Program-made: the position numbers and the translations under genes
In this document: piece after piece, positions 38,879-52,179 of the stretch
Layout of the letters: every line of letters starts with the position of its first letter
How positions within the stretch are numbered: position 1 is the first letter of the stretch
NCBI GenBank assembly: GCA_026023565.1
Contig: JAPETS010000014.1
Location: 434,001 to 498,000 of the forward strand
Length of the DNA stretch: 64,000 nucleotides
Source: Cirrosporium novae-zelandiae
Lineage: Eukaryota
Direction: 5' to 3'
Notes under the pieces: model-generated
Database searches by the model: none
Told to the model about the DNA's origin: nothing
Seen by the model: only the letters and a program-made list of their open reading frames with translations

Positions 38879-41800
38879 TTATAGAGAAGGCTTTGAGATG
38901 GATGATACCCTTTTCGGCCCATTTCTCGACTCCTTTCTATTTCCTCCATGCTCGGCAGCTGGTGGAATCTTGACACCAGCCAACCTATTATCCATATTCC
39001 CGGAGTCTCTCCTCTCTGGCTGGATCGGCGGTGTTAGATCAGCGGTGGCCAGCTTGCCCGCCAAATAATTGACCAACGTCTGTCTCACATCACTTGACAT
39101 TTCCGCACTACCATCCCTGTAAGGTGTTCCGGAATCACAACTGTATGTCTTTTTATTCTTCTCTACATCTATCTCTTGTTCATTCTTCAACCTCTCGATG
39201 TTTTCTTCTGTGAGTGCTGCTCGATTCAGTAGAGGAGGTCGTCTATCTTTTGTCACCTTCACCGCGACGCTTTCGTGATCTCTCTGGTCTGCTGCTGCGA
39301 TAAGTTTATCGTCCCGTAAGTCCGAGGCCTTTTCTTCTGCTGCTTCACGATCGGCTTCGGATGCGGAGAATTTAAGAATGTTTGTAGAATTAGCCCCAGA
39401 CAAAACAGGGGCCACTGGTGCAGAGTTGTTTTCTATCTGGCTGTTTTTACTTTCGTTGGATGATCGGGAACGAAGAAGTAAACGTTGGGAACTATCTTCC
39501 TTGGCTGGTTCAGCTTCTTTTAGGGTACTTGGATTGTGCTGAGAAGCAACGGAGCTATGGGTATGGATCTCTCCATCAGGGCAGTTGGAGTCGTGGTCTA
39601 ATGATGAGTTATCATGGTTGATTCGCGGGATGCGTTTGTTGTCTTTTAGCTCTTTGAGCCACTTGTTGAGCATTCTCTCTAAAGTACTAGGACGCACAGG
39701 CTTGGCTAGATAGTCATCCATTCCAGCTCTTTCACACTTTTCCTTATCGCCTTGAATTGCCGATGCCGTCATTGCCACGATAGGGATATCACGAATACCA
39801 GTAACATATTTGTAAGGGGCATGATGACGTAGCAAATGCGTTGCTCTATATCCATCCAGGATGGGCATTTGCACATCCATCAAAATAATATCAGGCTTTG
39901 GATGAGATGGTGAAAACTCCTGAATTAGATAATCCAAGGCTTCTTGGCCATTCCAAACTGCGCTTGCAGAAAATCCAAGCTTCTGAATCGTTTTTAGTGC
40001 AATCGTTTGGTTAATGCCGCTGTAGAAATTAGCATCAACATTTTTTTGCAGATGCGAAGAACTTACTTGTCTTCAACAACTAGAATATGTATCTTTTTAT
40101 TTGATGCAAAATCTGCCGAATTTACATCAGGATAAACGTGGGCTTTGTCTGTTGCATTAATCAAGTGTAGATTTTTAGATGCATGCTGGCTCAACCGACT
40201 TGACGAACGACGGAGAGTACCTGGCCGAATATTGTTGTCAGAGGAGCCAGGATAGGACACCGATAGTTCTCCTTGTAACCTCTCAGGGATTGCAGACCAA
40301 TCGGTATGTGGAGGTTGGGTGTCATGGTGTGAGGGTTTGTGAAAAGGTATCCAGAAAGAAGCCGTTGTCCCACTACCTAGATTCGACTGGAGATTGATTT
40401 GCCCACGCATTAGGCCAACTAGATTCTTGCATATGGTCAAACCCAATCCGGTTCCTCCAAACCGACGAGCCGTGCTGGAATCAGCTTGACTGAAAGGCCT
40501 AAACAGCTTCTTCCGTACATCTTCTTCAATGCCTATCCCGGTGTCTTCCACAACAAACTTGACCTCAATAATGTCGTCCGTTTCAGCTTGAATCATAACA
40601 GCAAGCTTAACATAACCATTGGAGGTAAATTTGATACTGTTGGTGAGAAGATTCGTAATTATTTGACGAACTCGACCAGGATCTCCTAAGAGGATGAGAT
40701 CGCTGCCTATTCGAATATCATTTTCGAATGTGATATTCTTTCGCTCTGCGGCGAACGACAGCATTTTCCCAACATCAGCAACAACCACGGAGAGACTAAA
40801 CTGAACCTCTTCAATATCCAACCGACCCGATTCAATCTTTGAAAAATCAAGGATATCATTGATGACTGTCAGCAATCCATTCGCGGACCGCTGAATATTC
40901 TGCGCATATTCCTTCTGTTCTTCATCTAGTTCGGTGTCGTTAAGCAGCTCAGCCATTCCAATCACTCCAGCGATTGGTGTTCGTATTTCGTGGGACATGT
41001 TAGCTAGGAACTGACTCTTCATCCTACTTGCCTCCTTCGCTGCAGTTTCATTTGACAAAAGGCGGATATTATCCTGTTCCTTTTCTTTAAGCTCAGTCAC
41101 GTCCATACTGATCCCTACCATGCCATCCACGATTGGTTTTGAATCAAATCCGTTTCCCTCGCCACGAGGCTTGGCAAGTATCGGAACAAATCTGGTTCGG
41201 AACCACTGGCCAGTATTTTTTATATGGTGTTCAGCAAGCTGCTCTGTAGCATCTCCACTTAAAATGCGTTCGATGGGCTCTTTATATAAAAGACCCCCAT
41301 TTTTGCCTTCCTCTCTTCCAAACACGTCATATACGTTTTGGCCAATAGATTCTTCAGTGATGTGATCATTTCTTCGATCCCACAATAGTTGACCTTCGAG
41401 GAATGTTAATATTCGTTGCTTATCAACAGCCCAAACAGTTATTTGGGCATGATTGATAACTGTCTGCAGTCTTTCACGAGTTCGCCTTGCTGCCATTCGG
41501 GCTTCGATAACATCGTGTATATCAGTAGCGAATCCAAACCACCTAAGAACCTCTCCGGTCTTTGAGTCTTTGAAAGGTGAACCTCGACCAAGGTGCCACC
41601 GCCACGCGCCATCGTGTCTCCTGCACCGGAATTCGAAGCTGAATGTCTCGCCTTTTACTAACGAGGAATTGAAAGCAGCTTCCGCTTCTGGTGCATCTTC
41701 GGGATGAATGAAGCTCATCCAATGTCGACCGAGAGGTTTAGTGGTCGCCGGCATGGCACCAGTATACTCATACCACTGTTGTGAAACTGCGGAAAAGGTT

Positions 41801-43426
41801 AACAACCACGAGAAGCAGAGTTATTCATAAATAGGGATGTTATTGACGTACGATAATCCCCAATCCCGTCTGGTTGGGTAGTCCACAACTGCGACTAATG
41901 TTAGCCTGTGGCATTCATTTAAAGTCTCTACGCGCAGTACTAACCATCTGAGGAAGACTATTACAAATTAACCGAAACTGGTGTTCGTTTTCATCGTTTT
42001 GGTCCTGTAATTTATGTGTATATTCCGTTACATCTTTCATGACCACAAGAGCTCCAAGAAATTCAGTAGTGTCCTGGTCATATATGCCGTTGCCGCTAAT
42101 ATCATACGTAAGACGCTCCCCAGTCTTCCTGTGAACCATGCCGATCTTCCAGTCCTTAAAGGGCTTCTCCGACCGGCAGAGTTCACTGATAGGGGATTCT
42201 TCCGGCTCCAATCGTCGTTCGAAGTCGGGGGTCCACACCTTAAAGCGAGAGGAGAAATCATAACCATCTCCAAGTGAAGGGTCGGATACACGTTGCATCA
42301 ATTCACGGGCAGCCCGGTTTGGGACCGTCAGACTTTCATCTTTCCACATGGTGAAGACCGCAACCTCCATGATGTCTAGAATCGCATCTTTCATTCGAGA
42401 TACTTTTCCAACAGCGGGGGATCCAAAAGGAGCAAATTCGAGGCCAGTCCAGAGAGGGCCGCCACTACTACCGCTAGAGGTCGAACACCGAGAGACCTCC
42501 GGGAATTTATTTCCAGTTGTGGTTGTTGCAAATATATTCGATTTGATATTAGTACCCGGAAAGGGAGGATCTGTCGAGCTAAGGTTAGGAACAGAGAGAG
42601 TGGGCTGATGGGTAGAAACCTTTCTCGCTGTTTGGTCTGTGAAAGGCACCGTGTTGGTAAACGATAGAGTGACGAAAGGTAGTTGCTCCAAATACCAAAT
42701 TGAGATGTCCATCCTCGCTTGCATCTGATGTAATGGTGTTAGGGGCCTTACGGTCTGATTAGAAGGCTGCGCTGGAGAATGATCTCTTGAATTGGAGTAT
42801 TGAGAGGAAATTACAACATCCACTGTCGTAGGTTTGAATCCGTGTGCATTCTCATGCGGGAAATTAACTGAATCATCATTGGAAACAAAAATCTCTTGGC
42901 TAGCCGCTCTTTCTGTCCTTGTAGGTATGCTAATCTGTGAATCCTCATCTTCGTTCCTTGCTATCATGCGGTCCAATAATGTCTCCCAATTCACCCACAC
43001 CTGTTGTCCCTCTTGTAGTAAATCAATCCCGACTTGAGATAGGGGTTTCCCTATCAGTGACTCGTTGGATATTCCATCCGCATTAACCGTGGTTTCTTGT
43101 GTATTTAAACCCAACAGACTGCCCAAAGCATTATTAGTCAACACAACCCTCTTTGATGAATCCAAAACTAAGAGCGGGGTCGGTAAAAACTGGAGCGCTG
43201 CGAGCGCCATCTTCTCTGTCGGTGGAGGGGTAAACGGAGGAGGCTTGGAGTTGAAGGATTTCGGAATGCGCCCTTGGGTAGTTGGTTTGTACAAATTGCC
43301 AGGCGCATCGAAGAATGAGGTAAATGCATTTGTCAATCCAGATAGGGATTTCTTGATAGAGGGATATTCCGTGTCTCCCTGCTGTGAGGTTCCTTTGGCA
43401 TGTTTGGATCTGTCATCCTTATGCAT
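38879..43426 (-). CDS. PAS-domain hybrid histidine kinase (PAS/PAC-HisKA-HATPase-REC), 4 exons
   Basis: H-box FLANMSHEIRTP, N-box NLLTNSIKFT, G1 DTGIGI, F/G2 FSQADSSTARRFGGTGLGL, receiver ILVVED...ILMDVQMPILDG...DDYLAKP; PAS/PAC FIHPED..RCRRHDGAWRW. Confidence 0.93.
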
Positions 43427-44085
43427 GACCGAGTCTTCTTCTCTTGGACAACCACCAGCTCATCCAGAGAGGACCAAGTAACGAACCGTGTAGAAGGTTC
43501 AGCGCAATAAAGCATGACCAAGAAGGAGAAGAAGAGAAGAAGGACAAAAATGATAGGATGGAAAAACCAAGCTGGAGAAGCTTAGAATGGAAGGGAAAAG
43601 AAAATTAAGAGGAGTAGCAAGGTTGGAAAGGTTGGATGATGAATGAGGTGTTCCATTAGCGTCTCTAAAAAGTAAGTTAATCGGGATCATCGATGAATCT
43701 TACCAGATCCGGTTACTTTAGACTTGTTGTGGCATCGAATTCAGATTTGGGGGGGGGGATGGGGGGAGGAGGTGGCATTGACTGACTTGACTGACGATAA
43801 TAATACACAATCAATGCCCCATAAGCACCTACTTACCATAGTCTGGTGTATAATATTCACAACGTCATGGTTATAGAAAACTTAAAATAATAATGAATTT
43901 GTAGACTACCCCTACACCACATTTGCCGTTGATATCTTTTTGCCTCAACTACATCTTCTTTACATACATTGATACTTTGACCGTTGAAACACTTCTGGGG
44001 ATTTAAGGACTAAAATATCAATTCCAAGTGGTTTCAGCAGATCTCTAGTCTAATCTACCACAGTATTCAAATGGGGATTTTGACC

Positions 44086-44981
44086 TTACGGTTTTCTTGC
44101 CAGGGCTCTCAACCGCACATAGCCCAACCAAAATCCACCCTCTTCTCTTCGAATCACAGCTCCTACTGCGTCAACCACACTCTTTACCACCCCATCTCTC
44201 CTTTCCACCTTCACTTTATCCAAAAATGCTGCCCCCATCAATCTCACCCATCCTTCTAAACCGGCTTCCTCGGTCAGTTTTGTAGGTCTATGTTCCATTT
44301 CCAACTTCTCCACCTTGAATCCTGTTTCTTCCAGGGTGCCTCGCATCCATTCTTCGGAAGGAAAAAACCATGGGCTCGTTTCTATTGCTTCCTTGATACT
44401 TAACCCCTCATGTACGAGCGCTTGAATTAACGCAGCATGGACCTCGGTAACATTTTCTCCGCCTCCCATTTCAAATGCAAAAGAGCCTCCTGGTCGAAGC
44501 ATGGCATAGACATCATGGAATACAGCTTTTCTTGTCTCTGGATCGCGAAGAATCCAATGCAGAGCAGCATTCGAGAATACCTTATCCCATTTCCCTTCTT
44601 CTTTCTCACCGACTTCCTTTGTCAGGTATCGACAGTCGGCAACTCTGAACTCGACATTTTCTTGAGATTTGTACGAGTCTTTTGCCGCAGCTATCATAGC
44701 CTGAGAGGCGTCAAGCCCAAGGACAGCTTTTGCATGTGGCGCAATCTTTGCAGTAAGAATACCATCTCCACAGCCTATATCAAGAATTTGGTCTTCAGGC
44801 TGAGGGTCAAGATACGAAAATACTTTGGCAGTGAGCTTGGGAACGAAGGATGCAGCAGCGGAGTAGGCCTGTAGGGTGGTTCTCAGTTCCTAACTCTTGA
44901 CGAACTCAAATAGAAGATACTTACCTCCGTTGACCAGTGGTCTTTGGTGGAAATGTGATTGTCTGACGCCTCGTCTGACAT
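44086..44981 (-). CDS. Class I SAM-dependent methyltransferase (trans-aconitate methyltransferase-like), 2 exons
   Basis: ILDIGCGDG motif I, WDKVFSNAALHW, LRPGG, YVRLRALARK; first exon MSDEASDNHISTKDHWSTE. Confidence 0.88.
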
Positions 44982-46319
44982 GATTGCTCTAAGAATTGGT
45001 TCAGGGCGTCGAATATAATACCGAGTAGATAGAGCACCAAAGCGGTTATATTTGGCTTAAGTAGCTAGCTATTTATTAGAAATTACTTCTGTAGCCCATC
45101 TTTTATATTGTGCTGTCGAGGATGGGTATTCCATATCGATATGTTATCATAACGCCGATATCGGAACCCAAGGCCGCACCTGAGTGACGGTCTCGGATAG
45201 CGCCCCTCCTTCGAGAAACTCCAAAGAAACTTGGCTTTAGCCATTCAGGATTGCTGCATTACTCCTAATAAAGAATTGCATGTTGATTTCTCCTTAGTTC
45301 AAATACATGCTGAAGATCCTAGTGGATTCAAGAAACATAAATCTCCATTAAGCCAACGCCATCAATTAGAAGAAAGGCAGGACCTAGTATGTAAAACACC
45401 CAAACTACCTTCTCCCACGACGTAGCTCCGTCTTAAACAAAACACTCGATTTCAATTTCCCTATCCATGAGCTCGATGTACCAGAAATGAGATATGCGAC
45501 GAACTAGTATCAATAGCTAGGCAGCTATTAGATATTGTTACTTGTTTCGAGTAATTGTTGCATCCTTCTATAGGTAAAATACCCAGTGTTATATATACAG
45601 AGCTATCGGTTAATAGTTATAAAATACTTGGCCAATCATATATGGGGCCTCTTACATCTAGCCATAAGCCCTTGGGAGACTTTCAAAATAAAGACATCGC
45701 TATCTCATGTTGACAAAGTCATCACGCAAGATGGGACTATGACTAGAATCTATTTCGAATCTCATTAGATCACTCTATTGAATATGTTGGGGGCGAGCTC
45801 ACGCAAAACGGGCCACTGACTCTTCATCCAAAGGCTAATGATACTAACGACCTGGGGTTGTACTGTACTGTACATGTACAACATAGTAGCCGTGAAATTT
45901 GGAATTATATCGAGTGAATGAAACTCTTCGAGAATAAATGGTCATCGGAGAACTATTGTCACCTACAATGATAGCGAGAGGGAATAGCGGTCCCGCATTG
46001 TGAACACTCCGTGAGATATAACCAGCTGAGCTCCAGTGAATTATAACGCTTCCGTTCAGGCTTTTACTCCAGGTTTATATTATTGCGTGGTGAGTCTTTC
46101 TTCAAATTATATAATCCATCTTCTCTCAACCTCTTGCACAGGCATGTCAACTCTCTTCTCATAAATGGACTGTGAAGCTTCATCCGTTTCTTTAAATATT
46201 GCCCTCTAGTGATATTCTCCAGTGAAGACATTGCTTTTTGAAGCTCATCTCATCATATCCATCATTCCTACTTCTCAGTCTTATTAGCAAGCCTTTCGTA
46301 ATGCTTGCTTTCTACTTTG

Positions 46320-47093
46320 ATGCCACTCATCATGAATTCCCCCAAACTCAACTTGGCCACTATCCCTTCAGATGTTCGTCTCAACATATTCGAATTTCTC
46401 CTTACCACTAAAAATGGCATATCTATTTGTCATGATAACAGTTGCAATGGCCTAAATTATAAATACAGTTGGCAACCGGAAGATGAAGAGGCTATGCATC
46501 TTCACTTCTTCTTCCTCCACAGCTATCCAAGAGCCGTCGCGACTGACGCTAATTACATCTTCTTTACTAAAAATATGTTCCTGATGCACATCACTTGGCT
46601 AGAACATGAAGAAGAATCGGAGATACTGGAAGAAAGAATGATGAAGGAGTGGATTAGAAGGGTTTCGATATCAGCTAAACGAGAGACAGCACTTCCAGCT
46701 CTAAATATAGCTATAACGAAGCTGTTTCGTTTTACCCATATTAGGGAATTGGAAATCGATATCGGTATTGTCATGAGAAAGGATCTCCATGGAAACAAAT
46801 TGGGGGGTGTTGGACGGATTATCCAGAAGGTTGAGAAGAACATTCCACATGTCACAGTCACGGGTCTCGTTGGAAATGTGGTCCGAATTATTCATCGACC
46901 ATCCCGGGATCCATCTCGCGATGATGATCTAGGTGTTGCAACTGAAAAGCGGGATTTGGCTAAACTATGTAATGATCTAGCAAGGAATAAAGGAGAGTTG
47001 GAGGAAATCGATGACAGTATTTATCAGATAAGGTGCAAGGAGGGGTGTGCGAAGTGTGCCTCAGCAAGCCGTGATGGCTATCCTGATCTGTAA
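46320..47093 (+). CDS. Hypothetical intronless protein with an F-box-like N-terminus
   Basis: ~257-codon ORF; LATIPSDVRLNIFEFLL and EL-type helix; DANYIFFTKNMF block. Confidence 0.55.
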   Translation: MPLIMNSPKLNLATIPSDVRLNIFEFLLTTKNGISICHDNSCNGLNYKYSWQPEDEEAMHLHFFFLHSYPRAVATDANYIFFTKNMFLMHITWLEHEEESEILEERMMKEWIRRVSISAKRETALPALNIAITKLFRFTHIRELEIDIGIVMRKDLHGNKLGGVGRIIQKVEKNIPHVTVTGLVGNVVRIIHRPSRDPSRDDDLGVATEKRDLAKLCNDLARNKGELEEIDDSIYQIRCKEGCAKCASASRDGYPDL

Positions 47094-48443
47094 GTTTTAG
47101 TTTCAATCTCGGAAGATTGGGCATCCAGACTAATGACATCTTTCCAGAACAAATGACTCATTGCTGTGTAATTGGCTTCGTCTCCCCAAAAATCATATCG
47201 CATATCGTGTATATCTTGCAGTGAGCCAGAGAGCAAATTGACGGAAGGGCCATAAATGGATATGACGGTCAAAGGAAGCATGGCGTTTCTATGCATATCA
47301 CTGTCTTGATTTTAGCGGAAGGGATTAACTACCGGGATAATAGGATGCAGGTCCGTCCCGAAGAAATAGTGATACAGATCCCATGTATGCAATCCAAGAT
47401 ATCGAGCAAGACAAGAAACCGCTGATCCTCAGTATCTAACACAGCCAACCGTAAGCTAAGCAACCATCATCGCTGGAGGTAGTAAAATAGTCGGTGAAGC
47501 CCTCCCGAAGTTACCAAGATAATTCCTGCTGCCGTCTTTAAAAATTAACATCCCTCCAATATATGATATTTCCTGACAGCCAGCACTATGAAATTTCCGT
47601 CATGTTAGAATCCGGGGAAGCCTACGTTGCTACAGTAACAGCCGATATTTTAAGCAAAAAAAAGCTTTTGTCTAATTTTAGTTCCCTTGAGTTTCTCCCA
47701 ACCAACCTCGCCAATCTTTCTAAACACCTCTGCCAACTCAGCAATAAGGTCTCGATCGAAGCCAGGCGAGAGTATATTTAACGCCACCTTCATGGTCCTG
47801 TAAGGTCCGGACCACGGGTCCCAACTATTCGGCTACCACGTCCGTATCTAAACCACTGCCCAATAGCCAAGGCAACCCAGAGCTGTCTGGCTTGAGCCCT
47901 ACGGTGTTATTTTTGACATGTAGCCCTCCACAGCCCGTGATGCAAGGTACCAGCCATAGGTCAAGCGCGCTACTAATTGGGAAAAAATAATGGAGTCCAT
48001 GATTTACGAGATGCAGCTGAACGCCTAGGTGCGAGAAAGCCAAGACGGACTAGTTAGGCTGTGGCTACAAGACAATACGAGAGTGCGCTGTAGCGAACTA
48101 GGCCCTGGGATTCTCCTCACTACTCATCCTACCGGAGGCTTTTCTTTTCTTGTTTCTTTCTTCGACTGACTATTGCCGTCTTGACTTTTGTACGGTTCGC
48201 TTGTTCGTGTATTTTGGCGAATGGATGGACCCTTAGGCTTTGGTACGAGGGGCATCTGAGGTGGCAGCATTGATGTTTCCTGTTAGGGCTGTGGAGGCTG
48301 AAATTTATCGTATTTCTGCTCGGACTGTTCCAGTCTGGTGAGGTTGTTTCTCACTTGGAGAAACAGTCGTATTTTGCCTTCCTCTTTGGTGATAGTAGGA
48401 TGATTTGGTCTTTTGACGTATTCTTGGCTGTAGTCTATGAGTG

Positions 48444-48450
48444 TATATAA
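48444..48450 (+). promoter_or_regulatory. TATA box of the small secreted protein gene
   Basis: TATATAA ~157 nt upstream of ATG 48601, followed by a CA-rich leader. Confidence 0.55.
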
Positions 48451-48600
48451 GGCGCAGTTCCATCCTCATGGGTATTTCTTTCTACATCAGCACTACTCAT
48501 CACAAACATAATCAAGCAGACAACCAAACAACCAAACCACTCAAACCAACTCTATAACCATTTTCCATCTACCTCCAAACCACACCAAAAAGACTTAACC

Positions 48601-49023
48601 ATGAAGTTCACTGCTACCCTCCTCTCCCTCGCCCTCTTGGCCCCCACTGCCGTCCTCTCCATCCAAAACATCTTCGTGGGGACAATTGGCGGCTGCTCCT
48701 CCAACAAATACGGCCCAGACTGGTACGTCTGGTTCACCGACTCCCCCACCTGCGGCCAAGGTACCGACGTTGGTCCCACCTCCTACTTCGGCAACACCCT
48801 CTGCGACAGGAATGTTACCATCCTCGGACATGAAAACATCGAGTTCACCGGCTGCCAGGAAACCAGCACCGGAGTTTGGGGTCCACCGACTGCCGTGGAG
48901 GATAATGGAGCTCCTGCTTTGAAGTGCCAACATTTGAGCCCCACCACATACACCAAGTGCCCCAGCCCCTGCGGGTCATCTTACCCGAAGGTGGATGTTG
49001 ATACCCTGTTGAGGTGTTCTTAA
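48601..49023 (+). CDS. Small secreted cysteine-rich protein (140 aa, 8 Cys)
   Basis: Signal peptide MKFTATLLSLALLAPTAVLS, good Kozak context (ACCATG), strong C-ending codon bias, 8 cysteines, one N-glycosylation sequon (NVT). Confidence 0.85.
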   Translation: MKFTATLLSLALLAPTAVLSIQNIFVGTIGGCSSNKYGPDWYVWFTDSPTCGQGTDVGPTSYFGNTLCDRNVTILGHENIEFTGCQETSTGVWGPPTAVEDNGAPALKCQHLSPTTYTKCPSPCGSSYPKVDVDTLLRCS

Positions 49024-50359
49024 AGAGGCTTGACGACTCTCAATCCGAGGAAAAGATATCGAGAAGGAGGAATGAAGGAGGAAACAGCATGAGCATGATA
49101 ATTAATTGATGGATGGCATGGTCAGGATATAGGATGAATGTACGCATAATGGACAAAGTATGATATTGGACTATGAAAATCGAATTATGTTTTTTCCAGT
49201 TTTGGGTCTCCACAAGTATATGTAGGGCTGTCACCAATCAAAAGGTACCTAAGGGTTTCAATATTTAATTCCCTCGTCATGCTCAAGGGTGTTAAGCCTG
49301 GTAAGCGTGCTGATTCCATTGTCGTTCAGTGAAGCTCTGTGCGCAGCACGATGCTGCTGGTAGGTTCATGGGGTGGAGTGATCAGTCTATAACCGTAATA
49401 TAGTAGACACTAGACTACGGCTTATATCAGCGAAAACCCTAAGCTTGCAACTCACTAACATATATATCAACATCAGAGACAAGAAGATTTCACTGTAGTA
49501 ACATGCTAGACCTTTATCTTCCCTACCCTTATTCTGATATAATTAGTACCCTTTTCCCTTTCATGCAAATCCCATTCATTAAATGGAGCCAAGTGTTTTT
49601 TTTTATATCTATTCTAAGCTAGATCCGTCCCAAATCACCCTCCCACAGGAAAACTGACAAAACCCACCAAGAAGGAAGCAAACACGAGGTATTATCGGAA
49701 GGTGGTTGGTTTATAAGCAATTTTTTTAAGTACTTCCGTGCTTACATTTTTAGTTTGAGTAGGATTTTTCGGATGGGATTGAAGGATGTGTGGATTTTGA
49801 CCGACCGAACCCTCCACTTCCCTCCACGCCCTTCAGATGATCCGTTGATCATTAATCTTTAGTCTCACAACGTTTACGAGTTAGCACACCGCGTTGTTTC
49901 AGGCGTGTGCGCGTGCGGTGTGATGATATACATATACTTACCTAGGTACCTAGGTATGTATGTATTCGTTTATCATATCGAATAAAAATTGAATCATGCT
50001 GTTGCTTGCTTATTGGTTGCCTTCTTGTAAGAAGTACTTGTTTTTTCTCAGATCCGGATCTAAGGTAGAGTAATCGATTGTAGTAGAATTACGCCCTTAA
50101 GGCTGTTGATAATTCACGCCGATAAAAAGGCACCCTTACCATATACCATAACTCTATCAATTTCTCGGGGTCGATGACGCCGCATATGCTTGCCTGCTTG
50201 CTAACCCCCCGGACTCTCATCCTTCAGAAATTTGGCCTTATAACTCCTCCCTTCCTCCCTTCCTCTTCCCCTTTCTCACATCTCTCTTCTCAAATTCCCT
50301 TTCTCTTTTTTTTTGCTGTAAATTTGCAAAGGCTGTCTTATCCAGAGTAAAATTCAAAA

Positions 50360-51741
50360 ATGGGAGGAGGCCCGGAGGACCACGAACACTTTACCGAGCA
50401 TTTGCTCTTGACGCTCCCATTCCCGGAACCGGTTGATCTTTTGAATTCAATCAGGAAGAAGTTTCCTTATATTAGGGTCTCGTATATTGGTCTGGCAAAT
50501 ACTTTTATGACGTTCAGTGAGGAGGCTGAGAATAGCGGTATGAGACCTCTGAACTTTTTAAATTGCGATCGAATACCCATCAATGAAGTAGTCGAGCTAT
50601 AAGGGGTAATGTTGATCTGATATTGATATATTTTTACTGGAATAGGCATCTACAATGATATCACCATTCTTGTTACACTCGCTTGCCTCCCTCAATCTCC
50701 AGAGGAATGTCCCAAGTACGTATCCTAGATTTCTCCCATGATCTTTTCTAGCTAACTATCTCAATTGAATAGACTCAAGTTCATTCACTTCATCTCTGCC
50801 GGGACCAACCATGTCGTCACTCACCCTATTTATACTGATACCAATATCCCATTGACTACGTCTTCTGGGGTCCATGGGCCTCCCATCGCTGAATGGGTTA
50901 CAATGACTTCTCTAGCTGCTTCTCATCACTATGATGTCATGTACGAATGGCAGAAGGACCATGAGTGGGGTCAACATAAATACATTCAGAACCACCAGGT
51001 ACTGACCAAGGGTTTTGATAATGTTGGACAGCGTATTGGAATCTTAGGATATGGAAGTATTGGACGACAAGGTATGACTTGCTATCAAGAGTAACCAGCC
51101 ACCTTGTTTCGCTCATCAAGCATTCTTTCTTCTTAGTGGCCCGCGTGTGCAATGCTATGGGCATGACAGTTGTGGCCTACACAGCCTCTCCTCGAGAGAC
51201 GCCATCCTCCAAACATGACCACGGCTTCATCGTTCCCGGAACCGGTGATCCCGATGGCAGTATTCCAGTAGCCTGGTTCTCCGGTCTTTCAAAACCCGAA
51301 CTCCACAATTTCCTCTCCCAACATTTTGACCACCTTCTCATCGCTGTCCCACTTACCGACCAAACACGACACTTTTTGGGCGACGAAGAGTTTCGAATTC
51401 TCGCTAAGTCCAGCTCTGGAAAACAGACCAAGACTGGTGGTTGCTTCCTGACGAATATATCGCGTGGATTGATCTTAGATCAAGAAGCATTAATAGACGC
51501 ATTGAATCGAGGTCCTGAGAAGGAAGGACTGAGGGGTGCAGCATTGGATGTCACAGAACCAGAGCCATTGCCAAGTGATCATCCGCTATGGGATACGAAG
51601 AACGTTATCGTTACTCCACACATCAGCGCGTTGGGCGTAGAATATTTCGAAAGGTCAATTATGGTGCTAGAGGAGAATATGAGTCTCCGGGAGAAAGGAG
51701 AAAAAATGATCAATGTGGTGAACAGGAGGAGAGGATACTAA
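50360..51741 (+). CDS. D-isomer-specific 2-hydroxyacid dehydrogenase (NAD-binding), 4 exons
   Basis: SAGTNH, GVHGPPIAEW, GILGYGSIGRQ, NISRG, LDVTEPEPLP and TPHIS motifs. Confidence 0.92.
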
Positions 51742-52179
51742 AAGGCGGTGGTTGGTGTCAGCAAGACAAGTGAGAAAATAGACGAAAGTTTGTTGGTTAG
51801 GTTGATGGAGTGAGATTGAAATCAGTACGAGCTGTGAATGGTTCATCAAAGTGACAACAAACTTTGACTTTCCAGTATCAAGAGCTTCATTCCGTAGAAA
51901 AATAGAATTGAATTTACTCTCAAGAGTCAAGACGAATGCGGTGGGACGTTATTTAAAGAAATTGACACGTTAATATCGCGCTACTTATCCCTTTGGTCAA
52001 TAGGCCAAGCCTTCTAGAAGCCTTGCCCCGAACAACTCTCTCCGCATCAAAGCATCCTAACACTGTGTTTCAACCATCCTCCTCAATTATTCCCAGTTCT
52101 GATGATGATTTCCCCCAAGCGCATCTGGAGTCCAATAATATAGGTGTAAAATGCGACGAGTGCCCTCGAACACCTAGGA

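Noticed and set aside
47800..48140. TGTAAGG-starting GC-richer segment resembling an LTR
   Set aside because: No matching inverted 3' end or TSD found.
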